A DNA stretch of 62,954 nucleotides, filler included, from Octopus bimaculoides (taxonomy: Eukaryota), in assembly GCF_001194135.2 (NCBI RefSeq). It is 9 parts of 9 records of this genome, joined end to end, with 100 filler letters (N's around TTAATTAATTAA, not from the genome) between each part and the next. Parts side by side here need not be neighbours in the genome. Positions count along the whole stretch, not along the records: positions 1 to 15,683 come from NC_068988.1; positions 15,784 to 21,703 come from NC_068994.1; positions 21,804 to 50,099 come from NC_068981.1; 6 more parts are not named here. One strand, written 5' to 3'. This document shows positions 13,326-25,435 of this stretch, in pieces. The notes beneath the pieces are model-generated. The model was given only the letters and a program-made list of their open reading frames with translations. It was not told the origin of the DNA and searched no databases. Every line of letters begins with the position of its first letter. Within the stretch, counting starts at the first letter, position 1. Made by a program: the position numbers and the translations under genes.

Positions 13326-15683
13326 AACGGGAAAAAACCAGCTAGCTCTCAGGAACAAGCTGCATTAAGATAGCGACAGAGTCAAGTACAGTAATAAATC
13401 CCTTGCCGATAGTTCAGAGGTTGGAGAATGGAAACAAATATGTAATAAATCTTTTATTAGTAAATAAAGAAAAAAATTGTGGCAGAACATACTCAAATTA
13501 ACTTATATCTCAGAGTATTTATAGTAGTTACGCAAATTTTAGGCAATTGGTTAACAAGCATGAGGGGAAGATTAATTTTTGTTGGCTTTACATTTGTATA
13601 AGTGGCATGTATAACATGGGAATAATCATCATGATGAAGCACAAGAGGTTGTGTCGCAAATGAAGTAATTCTAGCAAGTGGAAACCCAATACAAGTTGAG
13701 TGGACAATAGCGGAAATCTTTAGACGAAGGACGCCTGTCAAACAAGTGTGTTGGCCCGTTAGCTCCAGGTACTCTAAAAGGGCCAGGTTAGGGGGTCAAC
13801 AGATAAAATCTGCAGTCAACAGATATAATTTGAATGCCTACAGATGTCAATGCAAATCAGAAGATAACTTATAAACGGACCGTTTAAAGGTTTCCACATC
13901 GGATAGTAGTTGCGTGGAAAGCAATGTATATTAAATTAGAAATAGTGAAACCAGTTTCAAATTATATCTAACTGATACTGAAGACGGCATAATACGACAA
14001 AGACATAATGACACACGTACTGAAAGGTTGGAATGAGAAAAAGAAGAAACAGACACATTGGCATAGGATGAGAGGAACAGCAAGTGAAACAACGAAAAAG
14101 ATTCATGTCCAGTTTGGAGCAATTTTATAGCATGGACATTACCAGCAAGATACAAATACCATATTATATTTTCTCTTAAATAAATTGTAACACTCACAAC
14201 ATATCCACGTTAATAGAGGTTTAAAGACTGACATTGTAATGCAACTTACAAATGAAGAAGTTATTGGAAAAAACTCAAGCATCACCTTTTTAAAAAGACG
14301 TTGATGCGATGCTTGCGAATGGCGGTTTTATAACATATATTCATCTTATCGTAATTCCATCCGCATTTTGAAAATATCTGATTTCCTTTTCCATTTCATT
14401 TTATTTTGAATCCCAAATTTTCTACTGTGTTTGTGTGTGTACATTCACGGATTACCACCTTGAAACCAAACTGGCTGAACGAGTTTTTAAACATAGGCAC
14501 GTATGGACATGTAATTGTAAACACACTTTGGGTATAAGTATATACAGACAAGTAATTATTATCGCAACTTCAATGCGGACTTCCCTTACGAACCGATGTT
14601 ATTACCATTTTTAACCACAAAAATAAACCTCCTCTAGCTGGTTATCGATGCAAGCAAGGGAGCGAACCCTTTGCAACTTCTAGCGACTTGACAGAACCAG
14701 CAGACTGTTCGGTTTCGGGCTATTTTTGCCCAACCTCAGTGCTGGACACAGCCATTTTGCTGTGGCGACAAATATTACTTCTCTGTATAATTACTATAGA
14801 ATATTTTCTAAGTAGCCCCTTTGCTAATTGCAAAATCATGAGTGATTGTCACTTATTGTCCTATATATTTCGAGCTACTGCTATCTCCAACTACTGTTAT
14901 CTCTTGCTACTGGTATCTCTTGCTACTGCTATCCCTAAACATGTACAGAGAAAGATATATAAATAGATATTAGAAAAGATAAACTGAACGATAGACGGGT
15001 ATACTGAGAGACACAGAGACAGATAGATAAAGAGAGAGAGAGGGAGAAAAAGAGAGAGAGAGACAGAGAGAATGTAACGACGTTTCGATTCACATTCTTG
15101 TAATCACGTGAACCTCATTGTGTCTCAATCAAATATTGAGTAATGAGTCAACGTCAGCAGTTAGTCTGATGTTACAGCAATATATGTACAGGAAGTGCCA
15201 TCCTGTAGTTAAGTGACATATCTTAATCGATGGTAGAACTATAGTTATCACATTGTTGTTTATGGCTTGAATTCACCCCAAAAAAAAAGGAACTTTCGAC
15301 ATGCAGAAATGCATGATCATAGTCCTTGCTTGCTCGAGACCCCGCCAAAAAAATGACAGCTAATGGTAATTTTTGCCAACATATCTCAGCGACGTACATA
15401 TATTCCATATTCTGCCGTTCTTTATCGCAATATATGTATAGCGAAAGTGAATCCGCAATCTCTTGTGTTGCAAGAAAGAAAAACTTCGGTAATTAATATT
15501 GGCATATATTCACCGTTTTTCAAAACGTGAGCTTGCCTTGTCATCATCGTTGTTGTCAATGCGGTGAATGTTTTTGTAGTATTTGCTTGTATCGTTACAA
15601 TTTACGTTTGAGTGCAAATTAATGATGGCCAGTACCTACGATTGCACCATTTGTATAGTCATTCCGTAAAACTCCTGTATATA

Positions 15684-15783
15684 NNNNNNNNNNNNNNNNN
15701 NNNNNNNNNNNNNNNNNNNNNNNNNNNTTAATTAATTAANNNNNNNNNNNNNNNNNNNNNNNNNNNNNNNNNNNNNNNNNNNN
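15684..15783. other. Assembly placeholder N44-TTAATTAATTAA-N44 (also centred at 21748, 50144, 53543, 56780, 57998, 59126, 61324)
   Basis: The same 100-nt pattern occurs eight times. The 12-mer is palindromic and gives stop codons in all six frames. Confidence 0.95.
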
Positions 15784-16001
15784 TATATATATGCATATAT
15801 GTATATATATATATATATTTATATATATGCATATATGTATATATATATATATATGCATATATATACAAATATATATACACATGCCCACACATGCACACAC
15901 ACATGCACATGCACACATACACACACACAGAAACATACACATGCCCACACATACAACCATATATATTACACACTTTCACAAACACACACAAATGCCCATA
16001 C

Positions 16002-16038
<37 letters not shown>

Positions 16039-16239
16039 CAGAAACACACACATGTGTGCATGTATATATATATATATATATATATATACATACAGAAACA
16101 CACACATGTGTGCATGCACGCACGCACTAACGGAAGAAGATATAATTAAAATTTATAAAAGAAAATAAAAACAAAATAATGATAAGAGGTCTAGGAAAAT
16201 ATCTGGAAACCTTAATATTACCACAAGTACCATGTCAGC

Positions 16240-17090
16240 AAAAACACCACAATACCACAGTCTTCACCATCATCAGCATCACCATAGCCATCATCATTAA
16301 CATCGTTGTCTTCAGCATCATTATCAAGCTCATCATCATCATAATCATCATCGTTGTTGTCATCCTCATCATCATCATTGTCATCACGATCGTCCTTGTC
16401 GTTGCCATCATCATCATCATCATCACCTTCATCATGGTCCTCATCGTTGTCATCATCGTCATCATTATCATTACTATCAGCAGCATCTTTAAACTTTACT
16501 GCGCACCTACGCCAAAGCATAACTAGGCTTTCCTGTCTTCCTCTCACCAGTAACACTGCCACACCAGCTACCACCACCATCATTACCACTCTCATCCCTA
16601 CCACCGACACCACCACCACCATCATCACAACTACCGCTACCACCACAATTGTCACCACCACCACTGGCATCATTTTCACCATAGCATCAGCCACTACAAC
16701 TACCAACATCACACCCACCACCACCATCACCACCACCACCATGACCACAACCACTACCACCACCACCACCATCTCCACCACCACCACCAACAACAACAAC
16801 ACTTCTAGCAATAACATTAACACCATCGATACCATTATCAGCACTGAGAAAAACACCAACGACACCACTACCACTACCACCACCACCACCATCACCATCA
16901 CTACCACTGCTACCACCACCATTGCCACCACCACCACCTGCATCACTTTCACCATAGCATCAGGCACTACAACTACCAACATCCCAATCACCCACCCACC
17001 ACTACCACCACCACCATCACCAACACTACTAACACCCCATCACTACTGTCAACTATCTCATCGCATCCACCACCATGCCAAACTCCTTAT
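16240..17090 (+). repeat. Degenerate (CAT)n/(CAC)n trinucleotide field with an internal ~110-bp duplication
   Basis: About 16607-16710 is repeated at about 16861-16983 (...GCATCA(T/C)TTTCACCATAGCATCAG(C/G)CACTACAACTACCAACATC). Confidence 0.9.
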
Positions 17091-17273
17091 TCTTCACTTC
17101 ACTATTCTTAGCTTGATGGCACGAAGTATCAGTCAAATACAGCGAGTAGGGATGCGGTGGTGTGTGCTATAATTAACTATCCCCCTTATAGTCGGTACTC
17201 CAGCATGGCCACAGTTCAATTACCGAAACTAGTAGGAGTATTAATGAATTTGGAATAAAACAACAACAACATC

Positions 17274-17420
17274 ACTTAGCGGTTCAGCAAAAGAAACTGA
17301 TAGAATAAGTACTAGGCTTACAAACAATAAGTCCCAGGGTCGTTTTGTTTGATTAAAGGCGGTGCTCCAGCATGGCCGCAGTCAAATGACTGAAACAAGT
17401 AAAAGGGTAAAAGAGAGAGT
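17274..17420 (+). mobile_element. SINE family A, 3' fragment
   Basis: GATAGAATAAGTACTAGGCTTACAAA...GGCGGTGCTCCAGCATGGCCGCAGTCAAATGACTGAAACAAG tail. Confidence 0.8.
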
Positions 17421-17507
17421 AAGTAATTAGTAAGATAACTTTCTCATTATTAAGCTGGGGTCTGGAACAAATTAGCATAAAATTTTGGTTGCAGATTATA
17501 ATTTCAT

Positions 17508-17800
17508 TCACACTGTTGGTTACGACAAGGAGTGTTCCATTTGACCCGACCAACAGAACAGCCAGCTCATGAAATCAACATGCATGTGGCTGAGCATTCC
17601 ACAGACACATGTACCCTTAATGTAGTTCTCAGGAAGATTCAGTGAGACATATAGGTGCTACTCATTTTTGCCAGCTGAGTGAACTGGAACAACATGAAAT
17701 AAAGTGTCTTGCTGAAGGACGCAATGCATTGCTAGGAACTGAACTCCTGACCTTGTGATCATGAACTGAATACCCTAACCACTAAGCCATGTGTCTTCAC
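17508..17800 (-). mobile_element. Composite tRNA-derived SINE (core shared with 37320 and 51620 copies, tail shared with family B)
   Basis: tRNA-like head, core GCAAGACACTTTATTTC...CACTCAGCTGGCAAAAATGAGT, then a tail GAGAACTACATTAAGGGTACATGTGTCTGTGG matching family B. Confidence 0.7.
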
Positions 17801-18078
17801 TGATTATAATTTAGACCACTTTAAAGCAGCAAGTTTATGTCATGAAGCCCAAGGCAGTCTCAGGCAGGTTGAAGTGATTCAAATAATTAAAGTGATTCAG
17901 ATCGAAAATTTCCATCAATATTCCAGGTTTGTTTAAGTTCCAAACACCAGCTTAATAATGACAAATATTTCACTAAATTCTTCTTTATATTTAAAATTAA
18001 TTGAAACAAAAGCAGTATATTCCGTCAGAAGTATGGTAACAAGAGGTTAAAGGACCTCATAGAAGTGGTCCTTTTGTC

Positions 18079-18260
18079 CACGATGCTGGTGTGTTTACGT
18101 CCCCGTAACTTAGCAGTTCGGCAAAAGACACTGATAGAATAAGTACTAGGCTTACAAAGAATAAGTCCTGGGGGTCGATCTTCTCGACTATAAAGGCGGT
18201 GTTCCAGCATGGCCGCAGTCAAATGACTGAAAAAAGTTAAAGAGTAAAAGAGTAAAAGAG
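18079..18260 (+). mobile_element. SINE family A, 3' half
   Basis: CGATGCTGGTGTGTTTACGTCCCCGTAACTTAGC...AAAGAGTAAAAGAGTAAAAGAG tail. Confidence 0.85.
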
Positions 18261-18645
18261 TATCAGTTCTGATTGTGGTGCAGACACTGAATGTCTCTGA
18301 TTAGTCTACACTTAATTACTCTGTCACATACTCTCTGACTACCTCAAATATTTTAGTTATCGAGTTTCTGCTAACACTCTGCCAACTTCACCAGACTTAG
18401 TATCATTCCTCATTAGGTGTAGAATTCACAGCATGGAATGAGTGCCTTTTTTTCTTTATATGTGACACCTGCACTAATGGAAGTATTTTTCAGGGCTAAA
18501 TTTTTCTCTATAAACTCAGTTTTTATGCAGCAGCTGCTTCACTAGTCTACTTGACAGGTAGACAGGATGCCTTCAATATGGCTTATAGACTCTACATCCA
18601 CCCAATGCAGGTAACTTAATTGGTGTTACTGCTCTCAAATATACA

Positions 18646-18692
<47 letters not shown>

Positions 18693-19115
18693 NNNNNNNN
18701 NNNNNNNNNNNNNNNNNNNNNNNNNNNNNNNNNNNNNNNNNNNNNNNNNNNNNNNNNNNNNNNNNNNNNNNNNNNNNNNNNNNNNNNNNNNNNNNNNNNN
18801 NNNNNNNNNNNNNNNNNNNNNNNNNNNNNNNNNNNNNNNNNNNNNNNNNNNNNNNNNNNNNNNNNNNNNNNNNNNNNNNNNNNNNNNNNNNNNNNNNNNN
18901 NNNNNNNNNNNNNNNNNNNNNNNNNNNNNNNNNNNNNNNNNNNNNNNNNNNNNNNNNNNNNNNNNNNNNNNNNNNNNNNATATATATGTAGGCATGTACA
19001 TATATGTATGGATATATGCATATATTTATATATTATTTATATTATTATATGATTGAACGCTATGCATCCTTTTCCAAGTAAGTTTTATCTATATCTATAT
19101 CTATATCTATCTATC

Positions 19116-19147
<32 letters not shown>

Positions 19148-20389
19148 TACACACACACACATACACGCCTGCATATACACACACACACATATTTAAATAC
19201 ATACATGCATGTATACATACACATGAGTTTCAAATAAATGATGGAAACAATAACAAAAAGACAAAGTGAAAAGAAAAATGTGATTCCTAATGTGATACCC
19301 ACTGAGAGATGAAAGAAGTAGGAGTGCCCTTGACATTTTAAACCTGAGCTCTTCTTCAGAAAATTTGACTGATAGAAGGGAAAAATGTACAGGAAAAAAC
19401 AGTGACGGGGGTAAATGTATGATTGCATGGACAGACAAATGCATGAATATCATAAAATAATTTTAAGCGGAAGAAAACTCTGTGTTAAGATACAGAGTTT
19501 AAGAATGTCATTAAACATTTTGATTAACCATTGATCTCATTATGATTATCAGTTCCACAGGTGGAAAGTGAAGCTAGTAGTTTTATGATCGATAATTAAT
19601 CCAGTTTTATATTGCTTTCTCTTCCAGCGACCCCTGTTGTTTCTCCCCTCACAGATGAAGGTTAGTCTTCCTACATCGTTTTTACGTTTGCGTTTTCCAT
19701 CAATGTCAAAACATTTTGCATCATTTTTTCAGTAACTTTTTTTTTTTGTCACAATTTAGGGAAATAACACACAGCTCTTGAAGAAGTCATTTATAGTGAA
19801 GGAAACAGACATTTGAAAAAAAAATGGAAAATGCATTTCAAATAATATTTCTCATAACATTTAGAGATAAACAGGGCTTGAAGGTCGATACCATGAAACC
19901 AATGGTAGCTCACATGGTAGTTGGCTCATATTGCTTTAAAAATGCAAATCTATTACATCTCTGCATACACACACACGGACACGCACACACACACACAGAT
20001 ATATATATGTATATGTATACACATCCCTCACCTTAACTCCCCTCTTTCTCTCTGTCTCTCTCTATATTAATGTATCCACACAGACACACAGACACACACA
20101 CACACACACACACTTATATATGATTACACCAATTTTAAAACCAGTGTTGTGTATGCTGCGTATGCTAATGTCCTACTGTAACTTTTCAGCAGATTAAAGA
20201 AAAAAAGATCACGTAGCAAACCAAATGAAAGCAAGCATTGAAAGTGGTTGATATAATTGATTACAACTCCTACGAGCAGTGCTCCAGCATGGCTGCATTC
20301 TAATGAGTCAAATGAATACAAGAATACATACATGCATACATACATATGTGTATATATGTGTGTGTGTGTGTGTGTTTGTGAGTGAGTGT

Positions 20390-20443
<54 letters not shown>

Positions 20444-20444
<1 letters not shown>

Positions 20445-20631
20445 CCATGATAGATCGCTAGCCACTAAACCTTTTTTATTTTCTCTCCCTGTTCATTTCT
20501 GTGTTCCTTTCTGTCGAAGAGCGTAGGCTCGAAATATAAAAGACTTTCTCACTTCCCGAGTATTAAACTAATACATTTGTTTGTTGTTTACACATCCATC
20601 TTCGTCTTTTGTTTTTTTGTAAATTCTCACT
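20444..20631 (+). repeat. ~190-bp PLE-type repeat with hammerhead-like motif, copy 1
   Basis: Similar to copies at 33457, 34411, 61095 and 62754; motif CTTT-CTGTCGA-A-GAGC-GTAG-GCTC-GAAAT-ATA-AAAG at 20507-20542. Confidence 0.75.
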
Positions 20632-21803
20632 ATACATACACATACATATATACACATATACATAGTCATGTGTGAATGTGTGTGTGTGTGTGTGTGTGTG
20701 CAGTGGTGTACAGATTTTATTATATTAAGAAAAAGGAGGCAGTCAAAATTTTGTATAATTATTTATTAAGGGCTATCATCTTGTTTCTGAGATTCATTTG
20801 GAATGATATTTTTACAAAGAATTCATACCTCTTATAGATATAAAGGACATTAATTTTCTGTAAAGATATCAATCCTGATGAATTTCAGAAACTATTTGAA
20901 AGTGCTAAATAAATAATTATCTATAATTCTGTCTACATCCCCTTTCTTAATATATTATANNNNNNNNNNNNNNNNNNNNNNNNNNNNNNNNNNNNNNNNN
21001 NNNNNNNNNNNNNNNNNNNNNNNNNNNNNNNNNNNNNNNNNNNNNNNNNNNNNNNNNNNNNNNNNNNNNNNNNNNNNNNNNNNNTAATAAGAATTAACAA
21101 TAAACAAATAAATATGACTACAATATATTTCTTTTGTTGGTATTTTCTTTGTACCGTAGAGTGGAAATGGTCAAGGAAGATTTTATTGTGGAATCAGTTA
21201 TATTTTTATGTATCTTTTTATGTATGTATATATTTATATATTTATTTATATATTTATATATATAATATATTTATTGTAATTTATATTTTTCATTTCATGT
21301 TTTTTTTTTTCATTCCTTGTTTCACATTTGGCAATGAAAATCTTGCAATGTAGAAGAAGGAAAAAAAGGCAAAAGCATTGACAAGTAATTTCTTATGATT
21401 TAATGCTTCCTAGATGCATATTATATGTGTGTATATACATGCGTGCACACATATATATGTATGTGTGTATATATATATGTATGTATGTATACATATATAT
21501 ATGTGTGCGTGTGCGTGCGTGTATGTGTGTACACAAACATACATATATGCAATCATATATCATTAAACATGCGTATATATATATATATACCTACACAATA
21601 TATGCATGTGAATATATATATATATATATACACATAATAAATGTATGTATGTACATATATATATATATGCATACATTCACATCTATCTATCTATATATCT
21701 AACNNNNNNNNNNNNNNNNNNNNNNNNNNNNNNNNNNNNNNNNNNNNTTAATTAATTAANNNNNNNNNNNNNNNNNNNNNNNNNNNNNNNNNNNNNNNNN
21801 NNN

Positions 21804-21840
<37 letters not shown>

Positions 21841-22165
21841 TGGGTTCAGTCCCACTTTGTGGTACCTTACGTGGCATGTGTCTTCTGCTATAGCATCTGA
21901 CCAACGAAAGCCTTGTGAGTGGATTTGGTAGACAGAAACTTAAAGAAATTAATCGTAAATATATGTATATATATGTAAGTGTATGTGTGTGTCTTTGTGT
22001 CTGTGTTTGTCCCTCATCACTGCATGACATCTAGTATTGGTTTATTTACATCTCCATAACTTACTGGTTTTACAAAATGAGACCGATAGAATAAGTAACA
22101 GGCTTATCAAACTAAAAGAAAAAGTAGTGGGGACGATTCATTCGACAAAAAGTTCTTCAGGGCAG
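21841..22165 (+). mobile_element. SINE family A, 5'-truncated and diverged
   Basis: GGGTTCAGTCCCACT...AAGCCTTGTGAGTGGATTTGGTAGACAGAAAC, internal TA/TG tract, then GACCGATAGAATAAGT. Confidence 0.8.
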
Positions 22166-22264
22166 TATGTCATATTATTATTTGCCCACTCAATTGTATC
22201 TATCATTCTATCTTTCTGTGTGTGTATGTATATATATATATATATATGTATACACATACATACT

Positions 22265-22326
<62 letters not shown>

Positions 22327-22343
22327 TNNNNNNNNNNCATACT

Positions 22344-22405
<62 letters not shown>

Positions 22406-23340
22406 TCTATTATATAAAAGTCAATGTCTTTATGTGTGTTCGTATGTTACTTATAGACTCGAAAACTACTGCACTGATCCTAATGAAATCTGGAACACAA
22501 AATCCAAGCCTATGGGGAAGAGTAATGCCATATGTTTCATACAATTTCATGGACCTAAATTACTGAATGGATATTTATGAAATTTGGATATTATATTCTA
22601 TGAATAAGGACAGATGCAATGCAGTATATGTTTGAAAGTGAGGGGGCATAAATGAGGTCTTAACCCCTATGAAAATTCATATATTTTTGCAGTTGATGAA
22701 ATTTTAACCATAGTTATTAGACACAAATAAAGTAATATTCCTAAAATTTCAATTTCTTAGGGTTTAGTAAGAACCCTTGATGAGGGCTTAACCCCCACAA
22801 TTTAGTCATTTTTCCTAAGCCAAGACGAATACAATTGTAGTCTTGAAAGCTGTAGAGTCACCTGAGGATACAAGATGAGCGTTATTTGTAATTCAATGGT
22901 ACAATAGTGTAAGATTTGCTTTGAGATATACTTAGATTGTGATTTCTGCAATGTGGTGCATAAATTGTCAAGTAAAGGAGACGCATCTTGCCTCCACTGA
23001 TTTAGTTGCAATGTGTTATTTTGAGTAAAGTTATTTGGTTGAAGACCTCCTTTGAGTCTTTTTATTATCCCTGGGTCACACATAGTCCCCAGATGGTAAT
23101 ATTGATTTCAAAGCCTTTCCAGATAAGTGATTGGTCATTCAAAGAGATTTATAGATTACAAATTTATTCTGTTCAGTTACCTATTGGCATAGTGATCATT
23201 GGCAAATTCCAGAGGTGACCATTTCATTTCCCCTTACCCCTCACGTCACATGGTTGTTAATGTTTATTTCAGTTGGGCCACGCCCTTCCAATTGGTATAG
23301 ATTCGTAATGCATGTTACGGCTGTGCCGTCACCTGTATAG
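22406..23340 (+). mobile_element. Probable non-autonomous Helitron
   Basis: 5' terminus A|TCTATTATATAAAAG...GAAAACTACTGCACTGATCCTAATGAAAT resembles invertebrate Helitron 5' ends. Subterminal hairpin ACGGC-TGT-GCCGT (23317-23329) lies 11 nt from a terminal ATAG|T (consensus CTRG|T). No TSD; inserted between A and T. Confidence 0.55.
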
Positions 23341-23917
23341 TGAGGAATCCTACATTGGGGAGTGGTAACAACTAGGGTAGGATAACTGACTGTTTATTGT
23401 CAGCATTCGTCTTTTGATTTCCTCTAGCTTTGCTCTCTTTTAAAAACCATGTGAACATTCATTTATTTCTTATTTTAAAGAAATTTGGACAATAGATATA
23501 AGACAGAAGTTAATAAAGATTCCCAACAATTCAACTTCTATCGTTGACTTAAGACCCCCCTCCCCTATTAGGGGCCTTAACTCCCACATTTGAGAGCACC
23601 GTGTGCTCCATTTTTCAGGATCAAAAGCCTTTGGATATGTTTTATAAGATTTGGAATTTGGAATATGGGAATGAAGATGAATAGTATAGGATAAGTATGT
23701 CATGATTAGAATTTTTGTTAGGGTGTGTAAACAAGGAAAGAGCCGTCATTAAAATTCGTAATCTCCAATTTTGATGAAATTCGAATCATCTCTGCTAGTG
23801 ATATATATAATTACAATAATCCCTAACATATGCAAGTGAATTTCGCATTATAATTTCTCGGATTACATTATCCTTATGAGGTTATAACTCGCTCGAATTG
23901 ACTATATATATTTATAG

Positions 23918-23986
<69 letters not shown>

Positions 23987-24490
23987 TGCATACGTATTTG
24001 TATATATGTATATATATATANNNNNNNNNNNNNNNNNNNNNNNNNNNNNNATATAGGTCTTATTAGCAGTTTGGTAAGTATTAACGCAAGAAATTCTCGT
24101 CCCTTGAGTCACTCTCTTACTTCTGCTAAACATAAATAAATATATGCGCATATACATTTTCTTAAAGTTCTTTCCATCATAATCTTTATTATTAACGATA
24201 GTGTTTGGTTTAGTGTTTCTTCTAATCAAAGTTATTATTAATTATAATCTAATATTAAACGTGTGTTTATCATTCATATAAAATCTAGGGTGACATTTTT
24301 CAGTAAATATTTTTGGTTTTGGCAAACTAGAGAATGATCTGAGAACCATTTGACTTGATTGTCCTTTTCAGTGAGCAAACCTCCTGGATGTTCCCTTCTT
24401 GGAATTCTAACTCAATGAATACAATTTTCGTTAAAGTATTTCCAACATTAGTCTCTATTGTCTATTATAGATTAATATTTTCATTAACAA

Positions 24491-24652
24491 GCGCAGGTGT
24501 GGCTGTGTGGTAAGAAGCATGCTTTCCAGCCACATGGTTCCGGGTTCAGTTCCTCTGTGTGACACCTTGGGCAGGTGTTTTCCGTTGTAGTCTCGGACCG
24601 ATCAAAGCCTTGTGAGTCGATTTAGTTGACGGAAACTGAAAGAAGCCCGTCG

Positions 24653-24685
<33 letters not shown>

Positions 24686-24950
24686 GAGTGTGTGTGTGTG
24701 TGTGCGTGTGTGTGTGTGCGTGTGTGTGCGTGCGTGTGTGTGTGTTTGTGTTTCTGTGTTCCCCCAACCTCGCTTGACAACCGGTGTTAGTGTGTTTTCG
24801 TCCATTTAATTTAACGGCTCGGGAAAAGACGCCGATAGAATAAGTACTAGGATTACAAAGAATGAGTTCTGGAGTCGATTTATTCGACTAAATACGGTGC
24901 TCCAGCATGGCCGCAATCAAATTACTGAAACAAGTGGAAGAATAGAATAG
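24491..24950 (+). mobile_element. SINE family A (OK-like), full length with internal microsatellite at 24653-24745
   Basis: Head GCGCAGGTGTGGCTGTGTGGTAAG...GGGTTCAGTTCC, internal (TA)n(TG)n, and family tail. Confidence 0.9.
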
Positions 24951-24977
24951 TAAAATAATAACAAAACGATATATTAA

Positions 24978-25196
24978 TATTGGTTTCTAAATTTTCCACA
25001 AGACCAGCAATTTCGGGGGTGGGGTAAGTCGATTACCTGGACCCCAGTAATCATCTGGTACTTATTTTATCGACACTGAAAGGATGAAAGTTAAAGTCGA
25101 CCCCGATGAAATTTCAGCTGAGGGCCTAAAGATGTACGGATGAAATGTTGCTAAGCATTTTGCCCGGCGTACTATCGATTCTACCAGCTCGCCAAC
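24978..25196 (-). mobile_element. tRNA-derived SINE family C (octopus OR2-like)
   Basis: Reverse complement GGCGAGCTGGTAGAATCG...CTTTCATCCTTTCAGTGTCGATAAAATAAGTACCAG; similar to 54272-54498. Confidence 0.8.
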
Positions 25197-25221
25197 TTGC
25201 GATACATTATTAGTAACTATA

Positions 25222-25435
25222 AGGTGCTGAGCTGGTGAAATCATTGGTACATAGGGCAAAATGCTTAGCAGCACTTCCTCTGTACGTCTTTACGTTCTGA
25301 GTTCAAATTCCATCGGGCTCGACTTTACCTTTCATACTTTCGGGATCAATAAATAAGTACCAGTTGAACACTGATGTTGATGTAATCAACTTTACCTCAC
25401 CCCTGAAGTTATGGGTCTTGATATATTACTCTAGA
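25222..25435 (+). mobile_element. SINE family C, head-to-head with the preceding copy
   Basis: AGGTGCTGAGCTGGTGAAATC...GAGTTCAAATTCC...CTTTCATACTTTCGGGATCAATAAATAAGTACCAG. Confidence 0.8.

Noticed and set aside
17880-18050. piggyBac-like end (...GGTAACAAGAGGTTAA)
   Set aside because: Only one terminus is visible, with no partner TIR in the window.
22850-23050. PLE RT fragment captured in the Helitron, as a standalone feature
   Set aside because: Only a short phrase resembles RT, and several frameshifts would be needed to recover motifs.
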